A stretch of 64,000 nt of DNA, taken from the IMG/VR virus record IMGVR_UViG_3300022752_000013; one strand, written 5' to 3'. Origin of the DNA: a virus. Taxonomy: Duplodnaviria; Caudoviricetes. Numbering within the stretch: the stretch's first letter is position 1; each line of letters opens with the position of its first letter. Positions 1-9,881 of the stretch are shown in pieces. A program made the position numbers and the translations under genes. Below the pieces are notes generated by a model, which saw only the letters and a program-made list of their open reading frames with translations, searched no databases and had not been told where the DNA came from.

Positions 1-127
1 ATCCACCTCTCATGTACCAACTGAATTTTATCGCCTCTTGTTTTATCTGTTGACATTCCTTGTCCATGGTCTCTATCAACTGATTGATTTCTTCAGGGCT
101 AGAGATCAGGAGGCGTCCCCGAAAAAA
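1..127 (-). CDS. Partial ORF downstream of the gp26-like gene (baseplate hub/tail assembly chaperone extension); runs off the window start
   Basis: Manual translation of the minus strand, -1 frame relative to 106..945: FFRGRLLISSPEEINQLIETMDKECQQIKQEAIKFSWYMRGG, open to position 1. Its own ATG is at 67; alternatively it is reached by frameshift. Confidence 0.6.
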
Positions 128-945
128 CTTGCCATATCCAGGGTAAATGGTTGTGTGTACTTGTGACTACACTCAGGGCAAGTTAAGTCAACAGGTTTGA
201 TTTCACTGGCTTGCTTGAGTGCAATCACATGGTCTCTTAACTGACCAAATAGTTTGCTGTCACAGTTGTTGAGAAACTCAAAGATATATTGAATTTCTGT
301 CACTAGTGCATCTGGAGTTTTGATAGCCGCTATGCTTTGAGCAATAGTTTTTAATGTAAGTTCATTGATGATCTTCATACTACGATTCAATTGCTCTAGT
401 TTGACTGACTCTTCAACTTGATCATTGTCTATGAGTCGTAGTGCTTGTTGTTGTTCAAACTGAGTTTGATTATTTTGATTTACGTCTTGATAACTTATGG
501 GTTTGAAGTAAAATTCAAGATTGCCAATAGTCAAACTCATGTCATAATTGCCTGGGCGAATCTGATCATTGATCACACGCAAATCCAATTTGAGATCTTC
601 CTGGTGATTGCAACTTGGGCAGTTACTGGTAATATCCATGCCGTGTCCAAAACTGGCAATACGTATAGCAACCAACACAGCATCGATGTCTGTACTGGGC
701 ATGACCCAGGGGTCTCTAATGCTGGGCACACAACTTTGAATAACTGAAATTATGGCGGAGCCATTGAACAGTGCGTCGGGTGTTCTGTAGGTTATTTCGT
801 CCACTGCTGTCATGGGCAACACAGGCAGTTCTCCATTGGGCGGCATGTTTAAACTGCCTGTAGGATAGAATTTACCCCCTGATGGCAATCGAATGTGAAT
901 TGCTGGTTGTCTAAAGAACTGACTGAGTGGATTGGGTTGTTGCAT
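106..945 (-). CDS. gp26: Baseplate hub assembly protein, T4 gp26-like
   Basis: IRLPSGGKFY...PMTAVDEI...DIDAVLVAIRIASFG pattern, two CxxC pairs (CPSC, CPEC); adjacent to the tape measure gene. Confidence 0.7.
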   Translation of the reverse strand: MQQPNPLSQFFRQPAIHIRLPSGGKFYPTGSLNMPPNGELPVLPMTAVDEITYRTPDALFNGSAIISVIQSCVPSIRDPWVMPSTDIDAVLVAIRIASFGHGMDITSNCPSCNHQEDLKLDLRVINDQIRPGNYDMSLTIGNLEFYFKPISYQDVNQNNQTQFEQQQALRLIDNDQVEESVKLEQLNRSMKIINELTLKTIAQSIAAIKTPDALVTEIQYIFEFLNNCDSKLFGQLRDHVIALKQASEIKPVDLTCPECSHKYTQPFTLDMASFFGDAS

Positions 946-957
946 ATTTTTCTCCGG

Positions 958-963
958 TAAATA
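958..963 (+). promoter_or_regulatory. T4-like late promoter TAAATA
   Basis: TAAATA 5 nt before ATG 969; the motif recurs upstream of most structural genes. Confidence 0.7.
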
Positions 964-968
964 TAGTT

Positions 969-3098
969 ATGGCCACACAAATGACCCCTGAAGAAATCCA
1001 AGCCGCGTTTGATGCGTATAACGACGAACTGCTGAGAACTGGTCGAGTAACCAGAGAAACAGCCGATGCATTTGCTGACGCCAAGGCTGGCATTCGAAAC
1101 TACACCTATCAACTGAACCAGAGCCTTAAGCAACTGGGCACTAGTGTATTGAGTTTTGGCGAGGCTCTTAAAGACGGCAAGCAAGGGTCATCAACATACA
1201 ATGACAGTATCAAAGCCGGAGCAGATGCTGTTGATGCATTTGCGGCCAAATTTGGTATACTGGGCAAGATCATTGGCGCTGTGGTCACAGCCGGTGCCAG
1301 ATATGTTATAGAAGTCAACAAACAAAGTGACAAACTGTTTGAAAGTTATCAGTCACTCAGCAAAGTTGGCGCAGCCAGTGCATCGGGCATGACAGGTGTG
1401 TTCCGGAGTATGCAGGACTTTGGCTACAACATTGAACAACTGGGCGACTTTGGTAATCTAATCAAACAGAATGCAGAGTCGTTGGCCTTGATGAGCGGTA
1501 CTGTCAATCAAGGCACAATGGCATTTACTAACGTGGCCAAAGGAATTCAGCGTTCTGGGTTGCAGACTGAATTCATGCGGATGGGCATGACTGTTGATCA
1601 AATCAATCAAGGCATGGGTGGCTATCTTAGAATACAAACCCTAACTGGCACAGCACAACGTAAAACCACATCAGAACTCACACAAGGTGCCGCGGAATAC
1701 ATCAAGAATCTAGATGTGCTGACCAAACTCACAGGACAGAGCGCAGAAACTCTGCAACAAGAACGTGAAGCCAGAATGCAGGAACAGCGATTTATTGCTG
1801 TTCAGATGGAGTTGGAAGACAAGGCAGCACAGGCCAGACTGGCTGGAAACGAAACACAGGCCAAAGCATTTGAAAATCAAATGGATCAGAACCAGAAGTT
1901 ACTGGATATGGCGCCAAAAGAATTGAGATCAGGTCTAATTGGTGCAATGACTGGATTTGCAGGCTCTAGCAAAGAAGCCGAACAGTTGTTTAGAGTCATG
2001 CCCGAGTTGTTCCAGAGAGTAGCCAGTCAGAGTTTTGATGCAGCCGAGACCCTAGATGCAGGAGTAGAACGAGCCGGCAGTGCAATGCGAGGCTTCAGCG
2101 GATTGGCCAAAGTAGGAGGCTTTGACGAAGTGTTTGGTTCCATGGCGGGAATTAATAAACTTCGTGTGAAAGGTCTTCAACAATCCTATGCTGAACAGGA
2201 TCGAATTGCTCGAGATCAACAAGCAGATCAAATTGAAAATCTAGATGGTGCAACAAAAGCACAAGTGGGCATGCGACAAGAGCAGATGGAAATTACTCGT
2301 GGCCTGCAGAATATGATCAATCAGGGTGTTAATCCTGTAACCAAGAGCATGTCTAAACTCAGTGGCGCAGTAGAAAGTGTTACCAACAACCTACTTCCTG
2401 GAACAGGCTCAGCAGGCACAGCAGGCACAGGTCGCGGCAATGTATCTTCATTGTTGGACATTATTGGTCGAGGCGAAAGCGGAGGCAACTACAATGCTCT
2501 AGTAGGAGGTGGCACAGCCAATTTAACTGGTATGACCATTGCTGAGGTGCAACAACTCCAGAGTACCATGATCAAGGGTGGTCGCCCTAGCACAGCAGTT
2601 GGCAAGTATCAGATGATTGCTGCCACACTGGCTGAACAAGCAAAAAAAGCCGGCCTGGATCCAAACAAAACCAAATTTGATCAACACACACAAGATTTAT
2701 TGGCATCGCAATTGATCAATCAAGCCGGATACGGAACAAAAGATTCAGCCTCGGTGATGAAAAATCTTGCTGGTACCTGGGCCAGTTTGCCACAAGACAT
2801 GTCAGGCCGTGGACGTTATGATGGGTACAACACTAACAAAGCCAACATCAGTGCCAGTGAGTTAATGTCGGCCATACAAAGTGGACCAAAAGACAGTTAT
2901 TCTTCCAATTTAAAAGGTATCGATCCCAGTGCGGCTAGAGTCAATACCGCCAGTGCTGATACAGCATCGGCTGTTGCTAATGCCAGAACCTCTAATGATT
3001 TAACTGTGATACAAATAGCCAAAATGGATGAATTGATTGCACTTATGAAAGCCAACAATTCCCAAAATCAAAAGATGATTCAGGTCGCTCGTAACTAA
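969..3098 (+). CDS. Tape-measure-like tail protein with C-terminal lysozyme/muramidase domain
   Basis: Long Ala/Gln-rich helical N-terminus; C-terminal LLDIIGRGESGGNYN...AVGKYQMI..TL...FDQHTQD lysozyme-like motifs (about 2448-2880). Start moved to 969 because 927 overlaps the divergent gene. Confidence 0.7.
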   Translation: MATQMTPEEIQAAFDAYNDELLRTGRVTRETADAFADAKAGIRNYTYQLNQSLKQLGTSVLSFGEALKDGKQGSSTYNDSIKAGADAVDAFAAKFGILGKIIGAVVTAGARYVIEVNKQSDKLFESYQSLSKVGAASASGMTGVFRSMQDFGYNIEQLGDFGNLIKQNAESLALMSGTVNQGTMAFTNVAKGIQRSGLQTEFMRMGMTVDQINQGMGGYLRIQTLTGTAQRKTTSELTQGAAEYIKNLDVLTKLTGQSAETLQQEREARMQEQRFIAVQMELEDKAAQARLAGNETQAKAFENQMDQNQKLLDMAPKELRSGLIGAMTGFAGSSKEAEQLFRVMPELFQRVASQSFDAAETLDAGVERAGSAMRGFSGLAKVGGFDEVFGSMAGINKLRVKGLQQSYAEQDRIARDQQADQIENLDGATKAQVGMRQEQMEITRGLQNMINQGVNPVTKSMSKLSGAVESVTNNLLPGTGSAGTAGTGRGNVSSLLDIIGRGESGGNYNALVGGGTANLTGMTIAEVQQLQSTMIKGGRPSTAVGKYQMIAATLAEQAKKAGLDPNKTKFDQHTQDLLASQLINQAGYGTKDSASVMKNLAGTWASLPQDMSGRGRYDGYNTNKANISASELMSAIQSGPKDSYSSNLKGIDPSAARVNTASADTASAVANARTSNDLTVIQIAKMDELIALMKANNSQNQKMIQVARN

Positions 3099-3114
3099 CG
3101 ATAAATAATACACT

Positions 3115-4893
3115 ATGGCTGGATGGAAAAAATATTTTAAAGTTGCTGATCTCTCAGGTCAGATGAGCCCTATTTCGGGCGGCAGAGATTCAGGCTTGCC
3201 TGGATATCCTAAAAATGACGGTCGCGGAACTAATTTGGCTCAAACTGATTTTGCATTCCGTAACTATGCATCACGCTTGCCAGAAGTGTATAGTGGGCAT
3301 CCCAACAGAATTGAACGCTACAATCAGTATGAGAACATGGATGCTGACTCCGAAGTCAACGCCTGCTTAGACATTATTGCTGAGTTCTCAACTCAACTCA
3401 ACGAAGACAACAACACACCATTTGAAATCAAATACTCTGATGAGCCCACTGATCACGAAATTGAAATCATCCGCAAGCAAATGCAACAGTGGACCAAACT
3501 CAACAAACTAGATCAACGAATCTTTAAACTGTTCCGCAACACCATCAAGTACGGAGATCAAGTGTTTGTGCGTGATCCAGAAACATTTGAAATGTACTGG
3601 GTGGACATGAGCAAGGTCAGCCGAGTGATTGTGAACGAATCAGAAGGCAAGCGTCCTGAGCAGTACATCATTCGTGACATCAATCCCAACTTTCAGAATT
3701 TGACTGTGGCAGCCAAAACCACAACAGACTTCATGGTCAACCCACCCACAGGTGGTGGCTACAGTCAAGGCGGTGGCTATACTCAGCCAAACACAGCCAT
3801 GACAGGAACCAGTAGATTTAGCCGTGCTGTGAATGAAACTTGTATTGATGCCAAGCACGTGGTTCACATGAGTCTGAACGAAGGCCTGGACACATTCTGG
3901 CCATTTGGTAAATCAATCTTGGAAAACATTTTCAAAGTGTTCAAGCAGAAAGAACTGTTAGAAGATGCGTTGTTGATCTATCGTGTGCAACGTGCTCCCG
4001 AGCGCAGAGTGTTCAAAATTGACGTGGGCAACATGCCAAGTCATTTGGCCATGCAGTTTGTGGAACGTGTGAAGAACGAAATGCATCAGCGTAGAATCCC
4101 CACATTTGGTGGTGGCGGCGGCAACATCATGGATTCAAGTTACAATCCACTCAGTATCAACGAAGACTTCTTCTTTCCTACAGGTGCAGACGGACGTGGC
4201 TCCAGTGTAGATGTACTACCCGGTGGTCAAAACCTAGGCGAAATTGACGATTTAAAGTACTTTAACAACAAGATGGCCCGTGGTTTGCGTGTGCCTTCGA
4301 GTTATTTGCCTACCGCTCCTGACGACTCAGAGCGCACAATGCAAGATGGCAAAGTGGGTACAGCATTGATTCAAGAGTACAGATTCAACCAGTATTGCGA
4401 GCGTTTGCAAGCACTGATCATGCAGAAACTGGATGATGAATTCAAGATGTTCCTGCGCTGGAGAGGCTTTAACATCGACGCTGGCCTGTTTCAACTGAGG
4501 TTTAATCCACCGCAAAATTTTGCAAGTTATCGCCAGGCAGAGATGGATACATCACGTATCAGCAGTTTCACTAGTCTAGAGGCGTTGCCTTACATGTCAA
4601 AACGCTTTATGCTGGAACGTTTCTTGGGACTCAGCAAGGACGAAATTGAACAAAACGAAAAAATGTGGCGCGAAGAACGTGACCGACCTGAACTGCAAAC
4701 CACACAAGGACAGGATCTACGTTCTATCGGTATCACTCCAGCAGGTATGGAAACTGATATTGCCACCGGTGAAGAAATGGCCAATCTACAAGCACCTGGT
4801 GCAGAAGGTGGCCTACCAGCAGTACCTGCAGGCACAGTAGGCGGCACTGCTCCTGGTGCAGGAGCACCGGCAGCATCGCCAGCAGGATTATAA
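3115..4893 (+). CDS. gp20: Portal protein
   Basis: T4 gp20 motifs LEDALLIYRVQRAPERRVFKIDVGNMP, EDFFFP, LPGGQNLGEIDDLKYF; TAAATA at 3102-3107. Confidence 0.97.
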   Translation: MAGWKKYFKVADLSGQMSPISGGRDSGLPGYPKNDGRGTNLAQTDFAFRNYASRLPEVYSGHPNRIERYNQYENMDADSEVNACLDIIAEFSTQLNEDNNTPFEIKYSDEPTDHEIEIIRKQMQQWTKLNKLDQRIFKLFRNTIKYGDQVFVRDPETFEMYWVDMSKVSRVIVNESEGKRPEQYIIRDINPNFQNLTVAAKTTTDFMVNPPTGGGYSQGGGYTQPNTAMTGTSRFSRAVNETCIDAKHVVHMSLNEGLDTFWPFGKSILENIFKVFKQKELLEDALLIYRVQRAPERRVFKIDVGNMPSHLAMQFVERVKNEMHQRRIPTFGGGGGNIMDSSYNPLSINEDFFFPTGADGRGSSVDVLPGGQNLGEIDDLKYFNNKMARGLRVPSSYLPTAPDDSERTMQDGKVGTALIQEYRFNQYCERLQALIMQKLDDEFKMFLRWRGFNIDAGLFQLRFNPPQNFASYRQAEMDTSRISSFTSLEALPYMSKRFMLERFLGLSKDEIEQNEKMWREERDRPELQTTQGQDLRSIGITPAGMETDIATGEEMANLQAPGAEGGLPAVPAGTVGGTAPGAGAPAASPAGL

Positions 4894-4900
4894 ATACAGT

Positions 4901-5119
4901 ATGATCCTGAATGAAATTTATGACCGAGCGCCAGCAGGCTACCAAGATGTTGCGGCGGACAACACACAGCCTCACCTGGGACAATTGCGTAAAACCAAAC
5001 TCACTCTCAAGCAGTTGAACAAACTGCGCAGAATGCAGGACACACGGACCTATGAGTATGCCGAAAAACTCAAACTGATCCGTAAACAGTATGCACCGCC
5101 AGCACAGCCTGCACTGTAA
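4901..5119 (+). CDS. Small head-region hypothetical protein
   Basis: ATG 4901 follows TATAAATA (4889-4896); lies between portal and prohead core genes. Confidence 0.7.
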   Translation: MILNEIYDRAPAGYQDVAADNTQPHLGQLRKTKLTLKQLNKLRRMQDTRTYEYAEKLKLIRKQYAPPAQPAL

Positions 5120-5241
5120 AAAAACTGTCAAATCTGACAAAAAATCCACCATAAACCGCTAAGTTTTTGCCTTCTAAGTAAATATAGGTATAGATCTGCC
5201 ATGAGGGCAGAACTACCCAACATACCTAACAGGAGCCATAA

Positions 5242-6135
5242 ATGAGCAAAAACCGTTTCGAACAACTGATCGAATACGTCATCAATGACGAAGAAGCCAA
5301 AGCAAAAGAACTTTTTCACCAAATTGTGGTGGAAAAAAGTCGTGCTATCTATGAAGACCTCATGGATGAAGACAATGCCATGGGTGAAGAACCCACAGAG
5401 ATTGACACCAATGTAAGCGAAGAAACTGACGCCGAGCGTGATGATCACGCTGAACGTGCAGGTCGTAAAGTTGCTAAAGATATTGAATACGACGAGAAAC
5501 ACGGTCGTTACAATGAAGACCTTGGTGGAAGCCAAGCCCAAGACATGATTGACGATGTTGAAGCAGAAGAGCAAGGCATGGCAGAAGACGACATGGATGC
5601 TGAGTTTGATGACAAGGCCGAAGAAGCCGGCAAAGACATGACACAGGACATGGAAGACGAACACGACGACGGCGAACTTGAGAACCGTGTGGTTGATTTG
5701 GAAGACAAATTAGACGAACTCATGGCAGAATTTGAAGCCATGATGGACGGTGGCAACGGTGCTGACATGGGCGATACACCTGACATGACAGACATTGAAG
5801 TTCAGGACGATGAGTTGGAAACTGAAGGCATGATGCCAATGGAAGAAGCCATCAGTCTCAAGCAAGTACACCCAAAAACAACTACGCAAGAAGCACCAGG
5901 TACAGACACAAAGTCAATTGTTGCTGCCAATTCTGGCGCACGTGGCGCAATGGCACAACCAGTCAAAATGACTGGAGACACGGCACAAGGTCGTCCTGCT
6001 CCAACTACTAAAGACTTGATTGGCCGAGTGGGCAACTCACCTGCTCAAGGCGTACAAAGTCCCAAGGCAGCACCAAAGCCAGTGACATCACAAGCCGCAG
6101 GCGTAAACACACGTACACCTTTTCCAAAGGCTTAA
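5242..6135 (+). CDS. Acidic prohead core protein (gp67-like N-terminus, long acidic extension)
   Basis: Position between gp20 and gp21; N-terminal helix FEQLIEYVINDEEAKAKELF; very D/E-rich middle; basic Pro-rich tail; AGGAG SD. Confidence 0.65.
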   Translation: MSKNRFEQLIEYVINDEEAKAKELFHQIVVEKSRAIYEDLMDEDNAMGEEPTEIDTNVSEETDAERDDHAERAGRKVAKDIEYDEKHGRYNEDLGGSQAQDMIDDVEAEEQGMAEDDMDAEFDDKAEEAGKDMTQDMEDEHDDGELENRVVDLEDKLDELMAEFEAMMDGGNGADMGDTPDMTDIEVQDDELETEGMMPMEEAISLKQVHPKTTTQEAPGTDTKSIVAANSGARGAMAQPVKMTGDTAQGRPAPTTKDLIGRVGNSPAQGVQSPKAAPKPVTSQAAGVNTRTPFPKA

Positions 6136-6141
6136 CCGGTC

Positions 6142-6789
6142 ATGAGATACTTACAAGAGCATTTGAACTTTAATCAGGCCAAGATTCGCGTCTTGTTCGA
6201 GGATGCTCCTGACGGCAAAGGCCCTTTCAACGGCAAAAACTTGTACATGGAGGGTATATGTATCGAAGGCGGAGTAAAGAACGCCAACGAACGTGTGTAC
6301 CCCGTGAATGAAATTGCCAAGGCTGTGGACACCATCAACAAACAAGTTGTGGAAGGCTACAGCGTGATGGGCGAAGTCGATCACCCAGAAGATCTCAAAA
6401 TCAACTTGGATCGTGTTAGTCATACCATTGACAAAATGTGGATGGATGGGCATTGCGGTTACGGTAAGTTGAGAATTATTCCAACGCCAATGGGACAACT
6501 GGTCAAGACCATGTTGGATTCTGGCGTCAAACTCGGAGTTTCGAGCCGTGGTTCCGGTAACGTGAACGACGGCAACGGACATGTCAGTGACTTTGAAATT
6601 GTCACTGTCGATGTTGTTGCTCAACCCAGCGCCCCACATGCTTATCCCAAAGCCATCTACGAAGGACTTCTCAACATGAAGTACGGACATAGAGTTTTGG
6701 AAGCGGCAAGAGACGCAGGCAAGGACAACAAGGTACAGAGATATTTGCAGGCCGAGGTAACTCGACTGATCAAAGATCTCAAAATATAA
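6142..6789 (+). CDS. gp21: Prohead protease
   Basis: NANERVYP, GEVDHP, GVSSRGSG, VDVVAQPSAP motifs of T4 gp21. Confidence 0.96.
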   Translation: MRYLQEHLNFNQAKIRVLFEDAPDGKGPFNGKNLYMEGICIEGGVKNANERVYPVNEIAKAVDTINKQVVEGYSVMGEVDHPEDLKINLDRVSHTIDKMWMDGHCGYGKLRIIPTPMGQLVKTMLDSGVKLGVSSRGSGNVNDGNGHVSDFEIVTVDVVAQPSAPHAYPKAIYEGLLNMKYGHRVLEAARDAGKDNKVQRYLQAEVTRLIKDLKI

Positions 6790-6799
6790 GGAGTAAAGC

Positions 6800-7900
6800 A
6801 TGCTAGATGCTATTAAACCATTGCTTGATAGTGAACTGATCAACGAGGAAACTCGCAGTGCTATCAGTGAGGCTTGGGATGCCAAACTTACTGAAGCACG
6901 TGAACAGGTTCGCGCAGAACTCCGCGAGGAATTTGCGCAACGCTATGAACACGACAAGTCAGTGATGGTGGAAGCCTTAGACAAAATGGTAACAGAAGGT
7001 CTTGCCGCAGAAGTTCAAGCCGTGGCTGCTGAAAAGCAGGCATTGGCAGAAGACCGCGTTAAGTTCCAAGTCAAGATCAAAGAAGATGCAACTAAGTTCA
7101 ACAACTTCATGGTCACAAAATTGGCAGAGGAAATTAGCGAATTGCGTCGAGATCGTAAAATGCACACAGAGGGACTGGGTAAACTAGAAAACTTTGTGGT
7201 ACATGCATTGGCCCGTGAAATTCAAGAATTTGCAACAGACAAGCGTGACGTGGTGGAAACCAAGGTTCGTTTAGTCCGTGAAGCACGTGGCCAACTGGAA
7301 GGTCTCAAAACACGTTTCGTTAAGGAAAGTGCCGAGAAGATGAGCCAGGCTGTTAGCCGTCACCTAAAGGCTGAACTCACACAATTACATGAAGACATCC
7401 AAGTTGCTCGCGAGAACAATTTTGGTCGTCGTATTTTTGAAGCATACGCAGCCGAATTTGGTGCTACTCATCTCAATGAGAAAGCCGAAGTTCGTAAACT
7501 GCACAACATGATTGCCAACAAAGATCATCAATTGAGTGAAGCCATCAAACTCACACAGAGAGCAAAAACTCTGGTTGAGTCCAAAGAACGTGAAATACGT
7601 ATTATCAAAGAATCCAATGTGCGTCAAAACACTCTGGACGATTTGCTCGCACCTCTCAACGAAGAGAAGCGTGAGACCATGCGTAATTTACTCGAAAGCG
7701 TACAAACAGCCCGTCTGAATGCCGCATTTGAAAAGTATCTACCAGCCGTATTGGCCGAAGGCAAATCAACAAGTAGCCGCAAAGTGATTGTTGAAAATGT
7801 GTCGGAAGTAACTGGTGATAAAACTGCCCGTAGCCAAGTAGAAGATAACGCTGATGACAACAGCAACGTTATTGCTATCAAGCGCCTGGCAGGCCTCTAA
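6800..7900 (+). CDS. gp22: Prohead core scaffold protein
   Basis: Coiled-coil, E/K-rich, between protease and major capsid; AGGAG SD. Confidence 0.85.
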   Translation: MLDAIKPLLDSELINEETRSAISEAWDAKLTEAREQVRAELREEFAQRYEHDKSVMVEALDKMVTEGLAAEVQAVAAEKQALAEDRVKFQVKIKEDATKFNNFMVTKLAEEISELRRDRKMHTEGLGKLENFVVHALAREIQEFATDKRDVVETKVRLVREARGQLEGLKTRFVKESAEKMSQAVSRHLKAELTQLHEDIQVARENNFGRRIFEAYAAEFGATHLNEKAEVRKLHNMIANKDHQLSEAIKLTQRAKTLVESKEREIRIIKESNVRQNTLDDLLAPLNEEKRETMRNLLESVQTARLNAAFEKYLPAVLAEGKSTSSRKVIVENVSEVTGDKTARSQVEDNADDNSNVIAIKRLAGL

Positions 7901-7921
7901 ACAAAGAAAAAGGAGACAGAA

Positions 7922-9133
7922 ATGTCAGAACAATTATTAGAAAGCCGCTGGGGCGAAACCAAAGAAGCATTGCTTGAAGGGTTGAACGGTTCCAAGCGCA
8001 ACAGCATGAGTGTTATCCTCGAAAACACTCGCAAGTACTTGAAGGAAAACGCAAGTGCAGGCTCAACAGGCTCTGGTAACATTGCCACATTGAACCGTGT
8101 GATTTTGCCAGTTATCCGTCGTGTAATGCCAACAGTTATCGCTAACGAGTTGGTAGGCGTTCAGCCAATGACAGGCCCAGTTGGTCAGATCCACACTTTG
8201 CGTGTGCGTTATGCCAACACAATGACTGACAACTCAGCAGCCGCCACAAGCACTGCCGCTGGTCAAGAAGCATTGAGCCCATTCTTGATCGCTCAAGCAT
8301 ATTCTTCAGCATCTAGCGTAACTGCTGGTACTGTTGACCCAACTCAGAACATCTACACTGGTGCTAATACATCTGTGTTAGAAGGTTCTGGTGGTCGTCA
8401 AATTTCCGTGCAAATCTTGAAGCAGGCTGTTGAAGCCAAGACTCGCAAGTTGCAAGCACGTTGGACTTTTGAAGCCGCTCAAGACGCACAAGCAATGCAT
8501 GGTATCGACGTAGAAGCCGAAATCATGGCTGCTTTGGCTCAAGAGATTACTGCTGAAATTGACCAAGAGATTCTTTTGAGTCTCCGTAGTTTGGCCGCAA
8601 CTGAGTACACATACAACCAAGCAACCGTTTCAGGTACTGCTACATTTGTTGGTGACGAACACGCCGCTTTGGCTGTTTTGATCAACCGTGTTGCTAACTT
8701 GATTGCCCAACGTACACGTCGTGGCGCAGGTAACTATGCTGTTGTGAGTTCTGCAAGTTTGACAGTGTTGCAATCTGCAACTACTTCTGCTTTTGCACGT
8801 ACTACAGAAGGTACTTTCGAAGCACCTACAAATACCAAGTTTGTTGGTACATTGAACGGCGCAATGCGTGTGTTTGTTGACTCTTATGCAAGTGACACAA
8901 CTCCTGTGTTGGTTGGCTACAAGGGTTCAAGCGAAGCAGACGCTCCAGCATTCTACTGCCCATACATCCCATTGATGTCAAGCGGTGTTGTGTTGGATCC
9001 AACAACCTTTGAACCAGTCGTGTCATTCATGACACGTTATGGCTTCATTGAATTGACCAACACTGCCAGTTCATTCGGCAATGCTGGCGATTATGTTGGC
9101 GAGATAGCCGTGAGCAATTTATCGTTTAGTTAA
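7922..9133 (+). CDS. gp23: Major capsid protein
   Basis: ELVGVQPMTGPVGQIHTLR, VEAKTRKLQARWTFEAAQD, EITAEIDQEI, FYCPYIPL, MTRYG motifs. Confidence 0.98.
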   Translation: MSEQLLESRWGETKEALLEGLNGSKRNSMSVILENTRKYLKENASAGSTGSGNIATLNRVILPVIRRVMPTVIANELVGVQPMTGPVGQIHTLRVRYANTMTDNSAAATSTAAGQEALSPFLIAQAYSSASSVTAGTVDPTQNIYTGANTSVLEGSGGRQISVQILKQAVEAKTRKLQARWTFEAAQDAQAMHGIDVEAEIMAALAQEITAEIDQEILLSLRSLAATEYTYNQATVSGTATFVGDEHAALAVLINRVANLIAQRTRRGAGNYAVVSSASLTVLQSATTSAFARTTEGTFEAPTNTKFVGTLNGAMRVFVDSYASDTTPVLVGYKGSSEADAPAFYCPYIPLMSSGVVLDPTTFEPVVSFMTRYGFIELTNTASSFGNAGDYVGEIAVSNLSFS

Positions 9134-9159
9134 GAACTATTCTTATCTACACGATATAC

Positions 9160-9184
9160 AAAAACGCCCTTCGGGGCGTTTTTT
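9160..9184 (+). terminator. Rho-independent terminator after major capsid
   Basis: AAAAACGCCC-TTCG-GGGCGTTTTT, UUCG loop, T tract. Confidence 0.9.
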
Positions 9185-9232
9185 ATTGACTCTGTTATGT
9201 TGGTGAAATCGCACTCTATCATAAATAAAAAT

Positions 9233-9847
9233 ATGAAGCCATACACCTATCTAATTAAACATCGTCCTACTGGTAAAGTTTATTACGGATTTAGATCAGC
9301 CAACAAGTTAGATCCTCACAAAGACCTTTGGAAACATTATTTTACAAGTAGCCCTCGGGTACAACAACTAATAAAAGAAACCGGAGCAGATAGTTTTGAT
9401 GTAGAAATACGCAGAGTGTTTGAATCTAAAGAGCAAGCAAGTGCTTGGGAAACTCGTGTTTTAAATCGTTGTAAAGTATTACACGATGACCGTTGGTTAA
9501 ATCAAAACATAGCAGGATATATTGTTCCTACAGAAGAAAGTAAGAAAAAGATTAGTAATTTTCATAAAGATAAACCTAAGACTGATCAACACAAACAAAA
9601 TCTTAGCAAATCACAAAAAGGTAAACCTAAATTAAATTCTAAAAATCAAACTCCTGAATACCGTGCATTAATGTCTAAACTTAAATCAGGAGAAAATAAT
9701 CCAATGTTTGGAAAAGGATGCACTCCTGAAAGGGCCGCAAGAATAGGAGCCGCTAACAAAGGAAAAGTTCCGATCAATAAAGGCAAGCCAATGAGCGAAG
9801 AACAAAAAGCAAAGATTAGAGCAACTATTGCCGCCAAGAAAAAATAA
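9233..9847 (+). mobile_element. Free-standing GIY-YIG (Seg-like) homing endonuclease with NUMOD3-type repeats
   Basis: N-terminal YTYLIK..TGKVYYG; C-terminal K-rich repeats (HKQNLSKSQKGK, NNPMFGK, NKGKPMSEEQKAKI); visibly AT-rich; TAAATA at 9222-9227 supports start 9233. Confidence 0.85.
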
Positions 9848-9881
9848 ATATCTAACAACATCCCCGGGATGGGAAGTTTTG

